Source: Macrostomum lignano
Taxonomy: Eukaryota
NCBI GenBank assembly: GCA_002269645.1
Contig: NIVC01001880.1
Coordinates: forward strand, 124,001 to 188,000
Direction: 5' to 3'
DNA: 64,000 nt
Position numbers and translations under genes: made by a program. Position 1 is the first letter of the stretch; each line of letters opens with the position of its first letter. The notes under the pieces were generated by a model. It had not been told where the DNA came from, searched no databases, and saw only the letters and a program-made list of their open reading frames with translations. Positions 62,893-64,000 of this stretch are shown piece after piece.

Positions 62893-64000
62893 TCACGCAG
62901 TTGGGGAATCGTTGAGCAGGTCATCCTCCTCCTTTTCAGTGGTGGGTGACCCGCAGACCTCCATGGGAGTTTCAGCGTCCTCAGCAGTTAGGGTGGCTGT
63001 GGAGTCCTCCGCGGACGTGAGCCCAGCGTGGACGTTACCGTCGCCTCTCCTGCGTGCTTCGGTGCTGTCACTGCCCGTCCCCTCTGCCTCGTCGGTCAGG
63101 TCGATGCGGGTGGCGCCAGCCTCCTGGTGAGTCACAGACTCGAACCAGTCGGTCGGAGCCTCCCCGCTTAGAGTCTGGCCTTCTGGCTGTTGGGGTGGAG
63201 CGCGAGAAGCGCGGGCCCGCTCACGATGCGCACGAAGGTTCTTGGCCTGGTCCAGCGCGCGCTGGATCAGGCCGGACCTCCGGGTGCTCCTGGCGGGTCT
63301 GCGATTGCGATTTCCGGTTTCAGCAGCGCGAACTGCCTTACCGGGCATAGGATCGGCCGTTTGCCTCGGCTTCTTTGCCGGAGGAGCCTGGGCCCCAGTT
63401 CCGGTTTCGGAAGCTTTGGCATTCTTGGCTTCATCAGCTTTCCGCTCCTCGCAACGGAGGATGGTCAGCTGAGTCAGACCAATATGAATTGTGGACTTAG
63501 GCGGCAAGCGCTTAGCCCAGTCATCAGAGAGCCCTAGGATCACCGTAGCCCCCTTCTCCTTGCGGGAAGTGGCGTGGTGTAGGAGCCCGTTGACCTTAAG
63601 GTCGGGGTGCAGCTTTAGCAATATTTGCCTAAGCTGATCTCCGGACTTAATGGCACTGCCGGCCGGGATCCAGACGCGAAAGCGCTGGGTCTTCTGTCGT
63701 TCGCCCTCGCTGGCGAAGACGAGCTTGCCGAGCTTCTTGGGCCAGTTCAGCTTTGGCAGAAGCTCGCGTAGATTGCGGCTGCTCTCCTCCGAGCTGCACC
63801 AGATGAAGATGCAGCCGTCGGTCTTGGCAGACTTGACCACGCTCACAGGGCGGCCCGCCAGGAGCTGGTCGATGAGCGCAGCATCGATGGTGCGCCAGGC
63901 ACTGTCGAGCTCGTCGGCCGTGAGGTCCTGCTCTTCCCCGAAGACGATGACCGCCGGTTGGAGCTTGACCTTTGAGGCGTAGTTGGTGGCGGCGGTTCCC
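62893..64000 (-). CDS. LINE ORF1 (partial; open to the window edge)
   Basis: The frame is open from 63999 to the TGA at 62893-62895, with a basic and acidic low-complexity C-terminus. Resemblance to the DUF4780-type ORF1 of Loa elements is inferred only. Confidence 0.85.
   Translation of the reverse strand, partial: GTAATNYASKVKLQPAVIVFGEEQDLTADELDSAWRTIDAALIDQLLAGRPVSVVKSAKTDGCIFIWCSSEESSRNLRELLPKLNWPKKLGKLVFASEGERQKTQRFRVWIPAGSAIKSGDQLRQILLKLHPDLKVNGLLHHATSRKEKGATVILGLSDDWAKRLPPKSTIHIGLTQLTILRCEERKADEAKNAKASETGTGAQAPPAKKPRQTADPMPGKAVRAAETGNRNRRPARSTRRSGLIQRALDQAKNLRAHRERARASRAPPQQPEGQTLSGEAPTDWFESVTHQEAGATRIDLTDEAEGTGSDSTEARRRGDGNVHAGLTSAEDSTATLTAEDAETPMEVCGSPTTEKEEDDLLNDSPTA

Larger units (their letters stand above)
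59071..64000 (-). mobile_element. Apparently intact non-LTR retrotransposon (APE-RT-RNase H; Loa/Lian-like in the R1/I group), 5' end beyond the window
   Basis: Two open ORFs, a 3' UTR of about 95 nt, and a (TAAG)n tail at 59071-59090. Confidence 0.93.

Overview
Eukaryotic, repeat-rich animal DNA with GC-rich exons, GT-AG introns packed with minisatellites and AT-rich intergenic DNA. The style suggests a flatworm such as Macrostomum lignano (inference only). Genes I could reconstruct exon by exon: FBXO38 (-), a METTL27-like methyltransferase (+), a lone replication-type histone H4 (+), glycyl-tRNA synthetase GARS (-, 6 exons), a near-intronless SAMD9/SAMD9L-like STAND NTPase of about 1423 aa (+), an 11-exon ADAM17-like sheddase (-), a 2-exon 64-aa secreted cystine-knot peptide (-) that the ORF track does not show as one ORF, and a frameshifted CD39/ENTPD-like remnant (+). 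Mobile DNA: three copies of a ~2-kb TG...CA solo-LTR family (two with their own 4-bp TSDs), an LTR plus PBS candidate, a Merlin-type TIR element with transposase relics, small TIR elements, a tRNA-derived CORE-like SINE, a decayed RTE LINE, a minimal Penelope-type hammerhead ribozyme, and an apparently intact APE-RT-RNaseH LINE running off the right edge. The strongest leads are the SAMD9-like immune effector head-to-head with GARS, the knottin peptide gene, the hammerhead, and orphan histone-type stem-loops. All family calls come from motif recognition by eye; no database searches were run.
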